Below, one piece after another: positions 9,182-17,404 of a DNA stretch of 36,163 nucleotides. The position numbers were made by a program, and so were the translations under genes. The stretch is taken from NCBI GenBank assembly GCA_944391255.1, contig CALXSW010000205.1:1-36163 (forward strand), in the 5' to 3' direction. How positions within the stretch are numbered: the first letter of the stretch is position 1; each line of letters opens with the position of its first letter. The DNA comes from an uncultured Clostridia bacterium (GTDB lineage Bacteria; Bacillota; Clostridia; UBA1381). The notes below the pieces were generated by a model. That model was not told the origin of the DNA. It was given only the letters and a program-made list of their open reading frames with translations, and did no database searches.

Positions 9182-10492
9182 TTACGGAGTTATGTAAATT
9201 TTTGTTCCGACATTTATTGTGCTTGCAAGCCAGTCAATATCGACTTTTTTCATTCTTATGCAGCCATGTGAAACCTGTGCTCCGACTGTGCCGTCATACT
9301 CTGTTCCGTCATAGTTGAGAAGAACTGAATGGAGCGCGTATCCGCCGTAGAATACAAGACATGGACCTACATAGTATGATGAATAATACCAGGTGTCTTT
9401 ATACTGGTATTCAAATTCACCTGTTATAGTTGGTGTCCCCGGCGCGCCTATGCCTACCGTGCATTCTCTTATCGGTTTCCACTGATATTGTTTACCCTCG
9501 TATACTCGTACCTTGTATTCGCTGAGAGATACCCATACGAGATTATTTGTGCGGCTTGATATGCCCTGTTGGTTTACAAACAGATCATTGAAATATTTGT
9601 TTACCATAGGTGAAGAATGCATATATATATCAAAATATGTGCCGTTGTCATAGACATCAAGCTGTGAGCCGAGCGCGTCAGCGAATGTTCTGAGAGGAAC
9701 AAACACGGCGCCGTCTACAAATTGTGTCGGTACCGGCGCGGTCACATCGCCGTCAAATAGAGTTGTATATGTGCTGCCAACATTGAAGTACATATACTGA
9801 TTGCCGAGAGATACGACCTGTGAATTATATGCCGGATCATAAAATGTTGAAAGACCTATGTAGTGCGATAGAAATTCAACAGGCACCATAGCAGAACCGT
9901 CTATTACTCTTGGTGATGGCTGAAGGTCAACATAGACACCGTCATAATAGAAATTTATCGCCTTGTGATAGCATGGTATGCCGTCAAGTATTATGCTGTT
10001 ATTATTGACTGTTATACCGTCATCTATCTCATAAGAGTATGTAGAAAAGACGAATTGCTGGCCTGGATAATAAACTGTATCATAATACTGCACACTTGTG
10101 ATACCGCTGCATACCTTAAGGATAAAAGACTCTCCGATGTGGTATTCAGGCACCTCAAAATCATATACGAGCTCTGTTGTTGTTCCGCCTATCCACAGCT
10201 CGTCATAGTCGAGAAACTCGCCAGCCATAGAATACAGCTCAAGTCTTGCAAATGAATCAAGTGTAAATGGCTGTTGGAGCATATTGATATTCACTATAAC
10301 ATGTGTGCTTGTAGCGCCATTTTCATTATAATTATAATCCGTAATATCATTGCTCTTTGTGTCGTCTATAAGCACTCCGTCAACTGAAACATCGACGCTG
10401 CTTGTAAGCGTGTCATCAGTATTTTCAGCAAAAACTGAAAATGAGCCGAATATAAGTGAAGCTGATAATACTGCTGTAATTATTTTTTTCAT
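9182..10492 (-). CDS. secreted L,D-transpeptidase (YkuD domain) with CAO-N repeats
   Basis: 436 aa with signal peptide MKKIITAVLSASLIFGSFSVFA. CAO-N-like repeats (VIDGSAMVPVEFL..., FVDGAVFVPLRTFADALG). C-terminal catalytic motif SHGCIRM. RBS AAGGGGTGA. Confidence 0.88.
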   Translation of the reverse strand: MKKIITAVLSASLIFGSFSVFAENTDDTLTSSVDVSVDGVLIDDTKSNDITDYNYNENGATSTHVIVNINMLQQPFTLDSFARLELYSMAGEFLDYDELWIGGTTTELVYDFEVPEYHIGESFILKVCSGITSVQYYDTVYYPGQQFVFSTYSYEIDDGITVNNNSIILDGIPCYHKAINFYYDGVYVDLQPSPRVIDGSAMVPVEFLSHYIGLSTFYDPAYNSQVVSLGNQYMYFNVGSTYTTLFDGDVTAPVPTQFVDGAVFVPLRTFADALGSQLDVYDNGTYFDIYMHSSPMVNKYFNDLFVNQQGISSRTNNLVWVSLSEYKVRVYEGKQYQWKPIRECTVGIGAPGTPTITGEFEYQYKDTWYYSSYYVGPCLVFYGGYALHSVLLNYDGTEYDGTVGAQVSHGCIRMKKVDIDWLASTINVGTKIYITP

Positions 10493-10540
10493 AAGATCAC
10501 CCCTTAAGTTACCATGTGAGATAGTTATCTATCTTTTTTT

Positions 10541-10569
10541 ATTGTATCATTTTTGTTGAGTGTTGTCAA
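10541..10569 (-). promoter_or_regulatory. sigmaA-type promoter for the L,D-transpeptidase gene
   Basis: Minus strand: TTGACA (10569-10564), 17-nt spacer, TGaTACAAT (extended -10, 10546-10541). It lies downstream of the U-tract of the ncRNA candidate. Confidence 0.6.
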
Positions 10570-10588
10570 CTGAAAACAATTTTTGCAT

Positions 10589-10814
10589 AAAAAAAATCCC
10601 CAAAGTAACCGTGGCAGAAAGTCATATTTCTACCTGCCTATGCAGGTGGGTCGCTTCCCAATTGCTTTACATGTCCACTGGCAGTCACCGAAGTGAAAGG
10701 AGGCATATGCGCCACGCTCGGAGTAAGCATCCCTTTTATGAAGTGTTGGTAAAAAAAAGACTTTTACACGAGAAACCTCAGGGTTATTAGCATATTTATT
10801 TTTCTCTTGTTTAC
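10589..10814 (-). ncRNA. candidate stand-alone structured RNA of about 225 nt, family unresolved (rod-like closing helix, possibly 6S-like)
   Basis: It has its own promoter (10821-10849) and ends in GGGGA+U8 (A-run 10589-10596 on plus). Positions 10783-10748 pair with 10634-10598 as CCCUGAGGU/ACUUUGGGG, CGUG/CACG, AAAGUC/GACUUU and UUUUUACC/GGUAGAAA. Internal hairpins are CCGAG..CUUCGG, UGGG-AAGCGA-CCCA and CCUGC-AUAG-GCAGG. There is no credible ORF. 5' and 3' ends are estimates. Confidence 0.5.
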
Positions 10815-10820
10815 GAACAT

Positions 10821-10849
10821 ATTATAGCACATATGCTCATAAAATACAA
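10821..10849 (-). promoter_or_regulatory. sigmaA-type promoter driving the ncRNA candidate
   Basis: Minus strand: TTGTAT (10849-10844), 17-nt spacer, TGcTATAAT (extended -10, TATAAT at 10826-10821). Confidence 0.55.
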
Positions 10850-10858
10850 GAGGTATTA

Positions 10859-10898
10859 TTTTACATTTTTATTACATAAATATTAAAAAAATGTAAAA
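10859..10898. repeat. AT-only inverted repeat (12-bp arms, 16-nt spacer). Possibly a weak terminator for the DUF1292 gene or an operator or UP-like element.
   Basis: TTTTACATTTTT (10859-10870) is the exact reverse complement of AAAAATGTAAAA (10887-10898). Confidence 0.6.
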
Positions 10899-10921
10899 TA
10901 ATGTTTGAACAAAGACAATTA

Positions 10922-11191
10922 TTATTCGCCTTTTGCAGCTGCCTCATCACGTCTTACAAATTCATCAAACGCTCTCTGAAGAAGATCTTCATCTTCTACC
11001 ATAACGAGTTCAGCTTCTTCACTGTTGATATCGCCGTCTACCATCATGATAAGAACTTCATCTGAAACGTCATCCGGGATTATCTCAGCCAATGCGAAAA
11101 ACATCTTGCCTTCAAATTCATATACATCAAGTGTTTCGAATTCAACTTCAACACCATTTTCATCCTCAAGGATAATAACGTTATTTTCCAT
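10922..11191 (-). CDS. DUF1292 (YrzB-like) small acidic protein
   Basis: 89 aa. The sequence MENNVIILEDENGVEVEFETLDVYEFEGKMFFAL is typical of DUF1292. It sits next to ruvX as in other Firmicutes. RBS GGAAAGG. Confidence 0.85.
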   Translation of the reverse strand: MENNVIILEDENGVEVEFETLDVYEFEGKMFFALAEIIPDDVSDEVLIMMVDGDINSEEAELVMVEDEDLLQRAFDEFVRRDEAAAKGE

Positions 11192-11277
11192 ATTATAAAT
11201 TACCTTTCCGACATATAATTATTCAGGTAACAGCGCGGCAGCTTCATATTTTTATGCCGGCTGCTCTTTCTACTATT

Positions 11278-11306
11278 ATTGTAATATAAAATAGTGAAAA
11301 TGTCAA
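11278..11306 (-). promoter_or_regulatory. possible internal promoter for the DUF1292 gene
   Basis: Minus strand: TTGACA (11306-11301, overlapping the ruvX stop), 17-nt spacer, TACAAT (11283-11278). Confidence 0.45.
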
Positions 11307-11719
11307 CAGTTTTTTTTCTTCATCATATAGCTTTCAAGGATAAGACAAGCCGCGACGGTATCTATAACAGCCTTTCGTTTCTGACCGCGCGTATTTGTCG
11401 AGTCAAGATAGCGCGATGCGCCAACCGTTGTAAGGCGCTCGTCAATAAGCTCGATCGGGCCTGAATAGATGGTTTTAAGACTTTCTATAAATTTATATGT
11501 TTCATTGACTCTAAAACCTTCCGTGCCGTCCATATTTTTCGGAAGCCCTACAACTATTTCCGCAGGCGAGTATTCATTGATCACGTTGCTTAGCTCAGAT
11601 ATAAGTTTTTTTGATCCTTTGTTTCGAATTGTGCATACGCCCTGCGCCGTTATGCCTAAGGGGTCGGTGACCGCCACGCCTACGCGCGCGTCTCCGTAGT
11701 CTATTCCGAGTATTCTCAT
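11303..11719 (-). CDS. ruvX: YqgF/RuvX putative pre-16S rRNA nuclease (Holliday junction resolvase-like)
   Basis: 138 aa with N-terminal MRILGIDYGDARVGVAVTD (RNase H-fold acidic motif). RBS AAAAGGAG. Confidence 0.93.
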   Translation of the reverse strand: MRILGIDYGDARVGVAVTDPLGITAQGVCTIRNKGSKKLISELSNVINEYSPAEIVVGLPKNMDGTEGFRVNETYKFIESLKTIYSGPIELIDERLTTVGASRYLDSTNTRGQKRKAVIDTVAACLILESYMMKKKNC

Positions 11720-11834
11720 GTTCTGTTAAGCTCCTTTTATATAATTCGTCAATATCGCTTTTGATAATTACTTCATCGTATATATAGTATACCATATGAT
11801 CGGCGCAATATCAATCATATACTTAAAAATTATA

Positions 11835-11863
11835 TTGACCTTTAATAAAAAATGATATATAAT
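11835..11863 (+). promoter_or_regulatory. sigmaA-type promoter for the lipid kinase gene
   Basis: TTGACC (11835-11840), 17-nt spacer, TATAAT (11858-11863). Confidence 0.5.
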
Positions 11864-11962
11864 AACATTAGCTGTAATTCAGTAAAATAATAGTAGATCA
11901 TATTCATTTTGCTGAATATATATCACATATATAATATTTTTATGCATCCGGAGGGATTGTAA

Positions 11963-12871
11963 ATGAAAAAAATGCTATTTATATATAATCCTAAATCAGG
12001 TAAGGGAAAGATAAAAGCGTCATTACCTGATATTATAGATGTTTTTACAAAAGGGGGATATTACGTAACAGCATATCCGACGCAGGCTAAGGGCGATTGT
12101 GTTGAAAAGGTGTCGGAATGTGTCGGAGAATTTGATGTTGTTGTCGTTTCGGGCGGCGATGGAACGCTTAATGAATGCGTTAAGGGAATGATAATGGCTG
12201 AGCCTGAAAAAAGAGCTCCGATAGGCTATATACCGGCGGGAACGATGAACGATTTTGCCGCAAGCCACGGCATATCAAGAGATATGATAACGGCGGCAAA
12301 GAATATCGTAAACGGCAGGACAATAAAATACGATATAGGCGAGCTTAACGGTCAGACGTTTATTTATGTGGCAGCTTTCGGAGCGTTTACAGAGGTTTCT
12401 TATGACACTCCGCAGCTGCAGAAGAATTTGTTCGGCAGCGCGGCATATCTGGTGGAAGGGATCAAGAGTATACCTAAGATAGAGGGTGTAAACGTAAGAG
12501 TGAGTTCGGATGAAGGTATATATGCTGAGGAAAATGTGCTTATATGTCTTGTCATGAATTCAACGAGAGTAGGCGGATTTAAATTCGGTGACTATTATGA
12601 TGTTGATGTTTCCGATGGACTTTTTGAGATAGTGATCATACCGAGGAGTAATAATATAGCAAATCTGTCGGCTGTAATAACAAATATAATGAACGGGAAA
12701 AGAAATTCTGACGGAGTGCATGTGATAAGCACTGCAAATGCGGATATAGAAATAGAAAAGCCTGTTAAGTGGACTCTTGACGGTGAATTTGGCGGTGAAT
12801 TTGATAAGGTCGATATCAAAGTTATGCACAACGCGGTCGAATTTATAGTGGAAGATAAAGACAAAGTGTAA
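11963..12871 (+). CDS. diacylglycerol/lipid kinase, DagK/YegS family
   Basis: 302 aa. Catalytic-domain motifs include a G-rich N-terminus (NPKSGKGK) and VVSGGDGTLNE. RBS GGAGGG. Confidence 0.9.
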   Translation: MKKMLFIYNPKSGKGKIKASLPDIIDVFTKGGYYVTAYPTQAKGDCVEKVSECVGEFDVVVVSGGDGTLNECVKGMIMAEPEKRAPIGYIPAGTMNDFAASHGISRDMITAAKNIVNGRTIKYDIGELNGQTFIYVAAFGAFTEVSYDTPQLQKNLFGSAAYLVEGIKSIPKIEGVNVRVSSDEGIYAEENVLICLVMNSTRVGGFKFGDYYDVDVSDGLFEIVIIPRSNNIANLSAVITNIMNGKRNSDGVHVISTANADIEIEKPVKWTLDGEFGGEFDKVDIKVMHNAVEFIVEDKDKV

Positions 12872-12898
12872 AATTTATTTGATTTAAGTAAATTTTTA

Positions 12899-12927
12899 TT
12901 GCAAAACTATATATAATATGTTACAAT
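12899..12927 (+). promoter_or_regulatory. sigmaA-type promoter for the small export protein-hisS-aspS unit
   Basis: TTGCAA (12899-12904), 17-nt spacer, TGtTACAAT (extended -10, 12922-12927). Confidence 0.55.
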
Positions 12928-12973
12928 GTGACTTGTATGACTTGAAATAAAAAAAGCGTATGGAGGAAAATAT

Positions 12974-13474
12974 ATGGAATCAGTAGTTACTTCTATGGTG
13001 GCATCACTGGAAACGGTTATGCCGAAAGAGCTTGTAGTGTTTATTATTTCTATGATCCCGCTGCTTGAGCTGAGAGGCGCTATTCTCGCTGCCGGTCTTA
13101 TGAATATGGAGTTCTGGAAAACGGCAATACTTGTGATCATAGGCAATATGCTTCCTATACCGTTTATTCTTTTGTTTATAAAAGCGATATTTAACTGGAT
13201 GAGGAAAATCAAGGGGTTAAGAGCCATACCGAAATTCTGTTCGGAAAAAGCGATGAAGCATGCCGATCAGATAGAAAAATATGGTGTGTTTGGCCTGTTT
13301 TTATTTGTGGCGATACCGTTGCCGGGAACAGGCGCATGGACGGGCGCGCTTCTTGCTGTGCTGTTTAGTCTGAAGCCGTCAAAGGCATTGCTTTTCATAT
13401 TCTTCGGCGTCATATTGGCCGGAGCGATAATGTCAGTGCTTAGCTTTGGTATTTTAAAGAATTTGATATACTGA
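12974..13474 (+). CDS. small integral membrane protein, putative small multidrug export family (COG2426-like)
   Basis: 166 aa with four hydrophobic segments. The IPLLELRGAI motif matches that family as I recall it. RBS TGGAGGA. Confidence 0.6.
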   Translation: MESVVTSMVASLETVMPKELVVFIISMIPLLELRGAILAAGLMNMEFWKTAILVIIGNMLPIPFILLFIKAIFNWMRKIKGLRAIPKFCSEKAMKHADQIEKYGVFGLFLFVAIPLPGTGAWTGALLAVLFSLKPSKALLFIFFGVILAGAIMSVLSFGILKNLIY

Positions 13475-13515
13475 TATAAATATTGATGAGATAAATATTG
13501 AAAGGAAGAAACAAC

Positions 13516-14763
13516 ATGATAATCACAACATCTCCGAAGGGAACGGAGGATCTGCTGCCTGGCGACAGCTATAAATGGCAGTATCTTGAAAAAAAATTCA
13601 AGGAAACAGCTGACCTTTATAATTTTAAGGAAATACGCGTTCCGACATTTGAGCATACAGAGCTTTTTGAGCGCGGTGTGGGTGACACCACAGACGTTGT
13701 TGAAAAGCAGATGTATACATTCAATGATAAGGGCGGAAGATCGGTGACATTAAGACCGGAGGGTACAGCGTCAGTTGTGCGCAGTTTCCTGCAAAACAGT
13801 CTATACGCGCTTCCTATGCCGATGAAAATGTTTTATAATATAGCATGTTTTAGATACGAGAACAAGCAGAAGGGAAGACTTCGTGAATTCCACCAGTTCG
13901 GCGTGGAGGCGTTCGGCGCTGCGAATGCGACTATGGATGCTGAGGTGCTTTCTCTCGCGCTCACATTTCTTGACAGCGTAGGTCTTAAAGATCTCTCTGT
14001 AAATATCAACAGCATAGGCTGCCCTACATGCAGAAAGGCATACAGCGAGGCGCTCAAAGCGTATTTAAAGCCTGAATATGACAGACTGTGCGATACATGC
14101 AAGGGCAGATACGAGAGAAATCCGCTGCGTATACTCGACTGCAAGTCAGATATATGTCATGATATAGTAAAGAACGCTCCGTCGCTTCTTGATTATATAT
14201 GCGACGACTGCCGCGCTCATTTTGAGGAGTTTAAATCATGTCTTGACAGTATGGGAATAGATTATACAATAGATCCTGGTATAGTCCGCGGACTTGATTA
14301 CTACACAAAAACCGTATTTGAAATAATAAGCGGTGAATTTACTGTGTGCGGCGGCGGAAGATATGACGGACTTGTAGAGGAGCTTGGCGGAAAGCCGACT
14401 CCGGCTATAGGCTTTGGTCTCGGAATAGAAAGACTTCTTCTAAGACTTGAGGAAACGGGAATTGAAATACCGGAACCGGAAAGCGTAAAGCTGTATATCG
14501 CACCGCTTGGCGAGAGCGCCGTAAAGGAAGCGCAGAGGATAGTATATGAGCTTCGCAAAAAAGGCGTTTCGGCAGATACTGATCATATAGGCAGAGCGCT
14601 GAGAGCGGGTATGAAATACGCTGACAAGATAGGCGCGCAGTATACAGTTGTACTGGGTGACAATGAAATTGAAAGCGGCGAGATAAATGTCAAGAATATG
14701 AAGACGGGTGTGCAAACGACTGTGCAGATTGAAGATCTTGCGGAATTCTTGAGGGGAGAGTGA
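13516..14763 (+). CDS. hisS: histidine--tRNA ligase
   Basis: Class II motifs: LRPEGTASVVR, FRYENKQKGRLREFHQ, GGGRYDGL. I prefer ATG 13516 (AAAGGAAG upstream) over the ORF-track TTG at 13498. Confidence 0.95.
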   Translation: MIITTSPKGTEDLLPGDSYKWQYLEKKFKETADLYNFKEIRVPTFEHTELFERGVGDTTDVVEKQMYTFNDKGGRSVTLRPEGTASVVRSFLQNSLYALPMPMKMFYNIACFRYENKQKGRLREFHQFGVEAFGAANATMDAEVLSLALTFLDSVGLKDLSVNINSIGCPTCRKAYSEALKAYLKPEYDRLCDTCKGRYERNPLRILDCKSDICHDIVKNAPSLLDYICDDCRAHFEEFKSCLDSMGIDYTIDPGIVRGLDYYTKTVFEIISGEFTVCGGGRYDGLVEELGGKPTPAIGFGLGIERLLLRLEETGIEIPEPESVKLYIAPLGESAVKEAQRIVYELRKKGVSADTDHIGRALRAGMKYADKIGAQYTVVLGDNEIESGEINVKNMKTGVQTTVQIEDLAEFLRGE

Positions 14764-14768
14764 TAATA

Positions 14769-16544
14769 ATGGATACAATGAAGGGTTTGAAACGTACAAA
14801 TTACTGTGGTGAAACAGAGGGCATAGGCAAGGAAGTTGTAGTAGGAGGCTATGTCCAGAAAATAAGAGATATGGGAAACCTTATCTTTATAGATCTGAGA
14901 GACAGAACAGGCATAGTACAGCTGGCTTTTGATGATTCATCTGACAGAGATGTTTTTGAAAAGGCTAAGACGTGCAGAAGTGAATTTGTGCTTATGGCAA
15001 AAGGCACAGTAAGAGAAAGAGAGAGCAAGAACAAGGATATAAAGACCGGTGATATAGAAGTTTTTGTAGATGATCTCAGAATACTTGCAAAGGCTCAGAC
15101 ACCTCCGTTTGAAATAACAAATGATACGAATGTAAACGAGGAGCTCAGACTTAAGTACAGATATCTTGATTTAAGAAGAAATGTACTTCAGAATAATCTT
15201 ATAATGAGAAGTAAGATCGCGAAATCAACGCGTGATTATTTCTATGAAAACGGATTCATAGAAATAGAAACACCTATGATGATGAAGTCAACTCCGGAGG
15301 GCGCGAGAGATTATATAGTTCCGTCAAGAGTTCACCATGGAAAGTTTTACGCTCTTCCGCAGTCGCCGCAGATATATAAGCAGCTGCTTATGATAGCCGG
15401 TTTTGACAGATATGTCCAGCTTGCGCGCTGCTTCCGCGACGAGGACCTCAGAGCGGACCGTCAGCCTGAATTTACTCAGATAGACCTTGAAATGTCTTTC
15501 GTAGATGTTGATGATATATTGGAAATGTGTGAGGGATATATAAATCATCTGTTTAAAGATGTTATGAATGTTGATATACCTACACCGCTTCCGAGATTGT
15601 CGTATAACGAGGCTATGGAGAGATACGGCTCAGATAAGCCTGATACTCGTTTTGGAATGGAGATACAGAACATTTCAGATGACGTTAAGGACAGCGAGTT
15701 TGTTGTGTTCAAGTCAGCTCTTGAAAATAACGGCTCAGTAAGAGCTATAGTTGTGCCTGACGCCGCGTCTGTTTACACAAGAAAGGAAATAGATAAGCTT
15801 GTTGAATACGCAAAGGGCATAGGCGCAAAGGGATTGGCATATGTCAGATGGACAGATGATATGCCTAACGCAAGTTTTAAGAAGTTCTTCACAGAAGACG
15901 AGATCATGTCACTTATGGACAAGCTCGGCGCAAAGAAGGGCGATGTTGTGCTTATTGTTGCTGACAAGGACAGAGTGACTCTGCCTGTTTTGGGCGCATT
16001 GCGTCTAAAAACAGCAAAGAGACTTGACATAATTCCGGAAGGCTGGAACTTCCTTTGGATAACAGATTTCCCGTTCTTTGAATACGATGAGGAAACAGAC
16101 AGCTATGTCGCTATGCATCATCCGTTTACAATGCCTAAGGACGAGTGCATACAGTATCTTGATTCAGCGCCTGAAAAAGTCATAGCAAAGGCATACGACC
16201 TTGTTCTTAACGGTGTTGAGCTTTCAAGCGGTTCTATAAGAATAAATGACTACGAGCTTCAGCAGAAGATGTTTGAGGCGCTTGGACTTACAGATGAGGA
16301 GATCGAGGCGAAGTTCGGATTTCTCGTTGACGCGTATAAATACGGCGCTGCACCGCATGGCGGAATGGGTATCGGACTTGACAGACTTACAATGCTCATG
16401 ACAGGTGTTGACAATTTAAGAGATGTCACAGCGTTCCCGAAAGTACAGAACGCGTCAGAGCTTATGTCGCAGGCACCGGGTACGGTAGACGCTGCGCAGC
16501 TTGAAGAACTGGCTATAGCGATAGTACCTGAAAATAAAGACTAA
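14769..16544 (+). CDS. aspS: aspartate--tRNA ligase
   Basis: N-terminal OB fold, FRDEDLRADRQPEFTQID, and GGMGIGLDRL. ATG 14769 follows GAGGGGAG. The gap to the hisS stop is 5 nt. Confidence 0.96.
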   Translation: MDTMKGLKRTNYCGETEGIGKEVVVGGYVQKIRDMGNLIFIDLRDRTGIVQLAFDDSSDRDVFEKAKTCRSEFVLMAKGTVRERESKNKDIKTGDIEVFVDDLRILAKAQTPPFEITNDTNVNEELRLKYRYLDLRRNVLQNNLIMRSKIAKSTRDYFYENGFIEIETPMMMKSTPEGARDYIVPSRVHHGKFYALPQSPQIYKQLLMIAGFDRYVQLARCFRDEDLRADRQPEFTQIDLEMSFVDVDDILEMCEGYINHLFKDVMNVDIPTPLPRLSYNEAMERYGSDKPDTRFGMEIQNISDDVKDSEFVVFKSALENNGSVRAIVVPDAASVYTRKEIDKLVEYAKGIGAKGLAYVRWTDDMPNASFKKFFTEDEIMSLMDKLGAKKGDVVLIVADKDRVTLPVLGALRLKTAKRLDIIPEGWNFLWITDFPFFEYDEETDSYVAMHHPFTMPKDECIQYLDSAPEKVIAKAYDLVLNGVELSSGSIRINDYELQQKMFEALGLTDEEIEAKFGFLVDAYKYGAAPHGGMGIGLDRLTMLMTGVDNLRDVTAFPKVQNASELMSQAPGTVDAAQLEELAIAIVPENKD

Positions 16545-16548
16545 AAAT

Positions 16549-16626
16549 ATAAGCGGCACATTTTATCCTGTGCTGTGACGGGCAATAGCTCATTGCAGTA
16601 CAGGTCGACCTGTACCGCTTATTTTA
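16549..16626 (+). terminator. compound terminator: a four-helix structure closed by a 7-bp stem and followed by UUUUA
   Basis: Outer stem ATAAGCG (16549-16555)/CGCTTAT (16616-22). Inner hairpins are GCACA/TGTGC, GCAAT/ATTGC and the perfect 18-nt palindrome GTACAGGTCGACCTGTAC (16598-16615). Confidence 0.6.
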
Positions 16627-16684
16627 GATGATGTTTATAAAATGTTTCGGGTTTGTTTAATAAGACTCGGGGAGAGAAGTTAAT

Positions 16685-17404
16685 ATGATAGAGGTAAAGA
16701 ATCTTGTTAAATATTACGGCGATAAGAAGGCTGTAAATAATATCACCTTTTCTGTCGGGGAGGGTGAGATACTTGGTTTTCTCGGCCCTAACGGCGCGGG
16801 AAAATCGACAACAATGAATATTCTGACCGGATATATTTCAATGACGGGCGGCGAGGTCAGAATATGCGGGATAGATATCCTTGATGATCCTATAGGCGCA
16901 AAGCGCAGCATAGGATATCTTCCGGAACAGCCGCCGCTTTATCCTGAAATGACAGTCAGGGAATATCTTTCGTTTGTATGCGAGCTCAAGGGCGTTTCTG
17001 ATATAAAGACTGAGATCGATGATATTGCAAAGAAAACAGGTCTTAAAGATGTGATATCAAGGCGCGTCGGCAACCTGTCAAAGGGATACAAGCAGAGAAC
17101 GGGTCTTGCCGCTGCTCTTGTTGGCGATCCTAAGGTGCTTATACTTGACGAGCCTACAGTCGGTCTTGATCCGAATCAGATAATAGAGATAAGAGAGCTG
17201 ATAAAGGAGCTTGGAAAAGAGCATACCGTAATACTCAGCTCGCATATATTGCAGGAAATAAGCGCTGTGAGCGATAAGATACTTATAATCAATAAGGGCA
17301 GATCGGTGGCTTTCGACACTCCGGAAAACATATTGAGATCAGCCGGAGCGGAAAGCCTTGAAGATGCGTTTATAAAGCTTACTGTCAAGGAGGAACTCAG
17401 ATGA
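16685..17404 (+). CDS. ABC transporter ATP-binding protein (ABC-2/GldA-like)
   Basis: Walker A GPNGAGKST, signature LSKGYKQR, Walker B LILDEPTVGLD. Confidence 0.93.
   Translation: MIEVKNLVKYYGDKKAVNNITFSVGEGEILGFLGPNGAGKSTTMNILTGYISMTGGEVRICGIDILDDPIGAKRSIGYLPEQPPLYPEMTVREYLSFVCELKGVSDIKTEIDDIAKKTGLKDVISRRVGNLSKGYKQRTGLAAALVGDPKVLILDEPTVGLDPNQIIEIRELIKELGKEHTVILSSHILQEISAVSDKILIINKGRSVAFDTPENILRSAGAESLEDAFIKLTVKEELR

Noticed and set aside
10598-10700. Plus-strand fragments resembling cobalamin-riboswitch pieces (CCACTGG, TACCTGCC)
   Set aside because: The pieces occur in the wrong order for a B12 element and the other core motifs are missing. The terminator polarity also argues for the minus strand.
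10560-10790. 76-aa GTG-initiated ORF on the plus strand across the structured intergenic island
   Set aside because: It has no Shine-Dalgarno site and an odd Arg/His/Cys-rich composition. It runs antisense to a promoter-plus-U-tract unit, and the helices explain the region better as RNA.
16549-16622. 74-nt cloverleaf-like fold considered as a tRNA or tRNA-like gene
   Set aside because: It lacks a GTTCRANYC T-loop and D-loop GG. The would-be anticodon loop is only 5 nt, and there are no spacer nucleotides after the acceptor stem. I treat it as a compound terminator or 3'-UTR structure.
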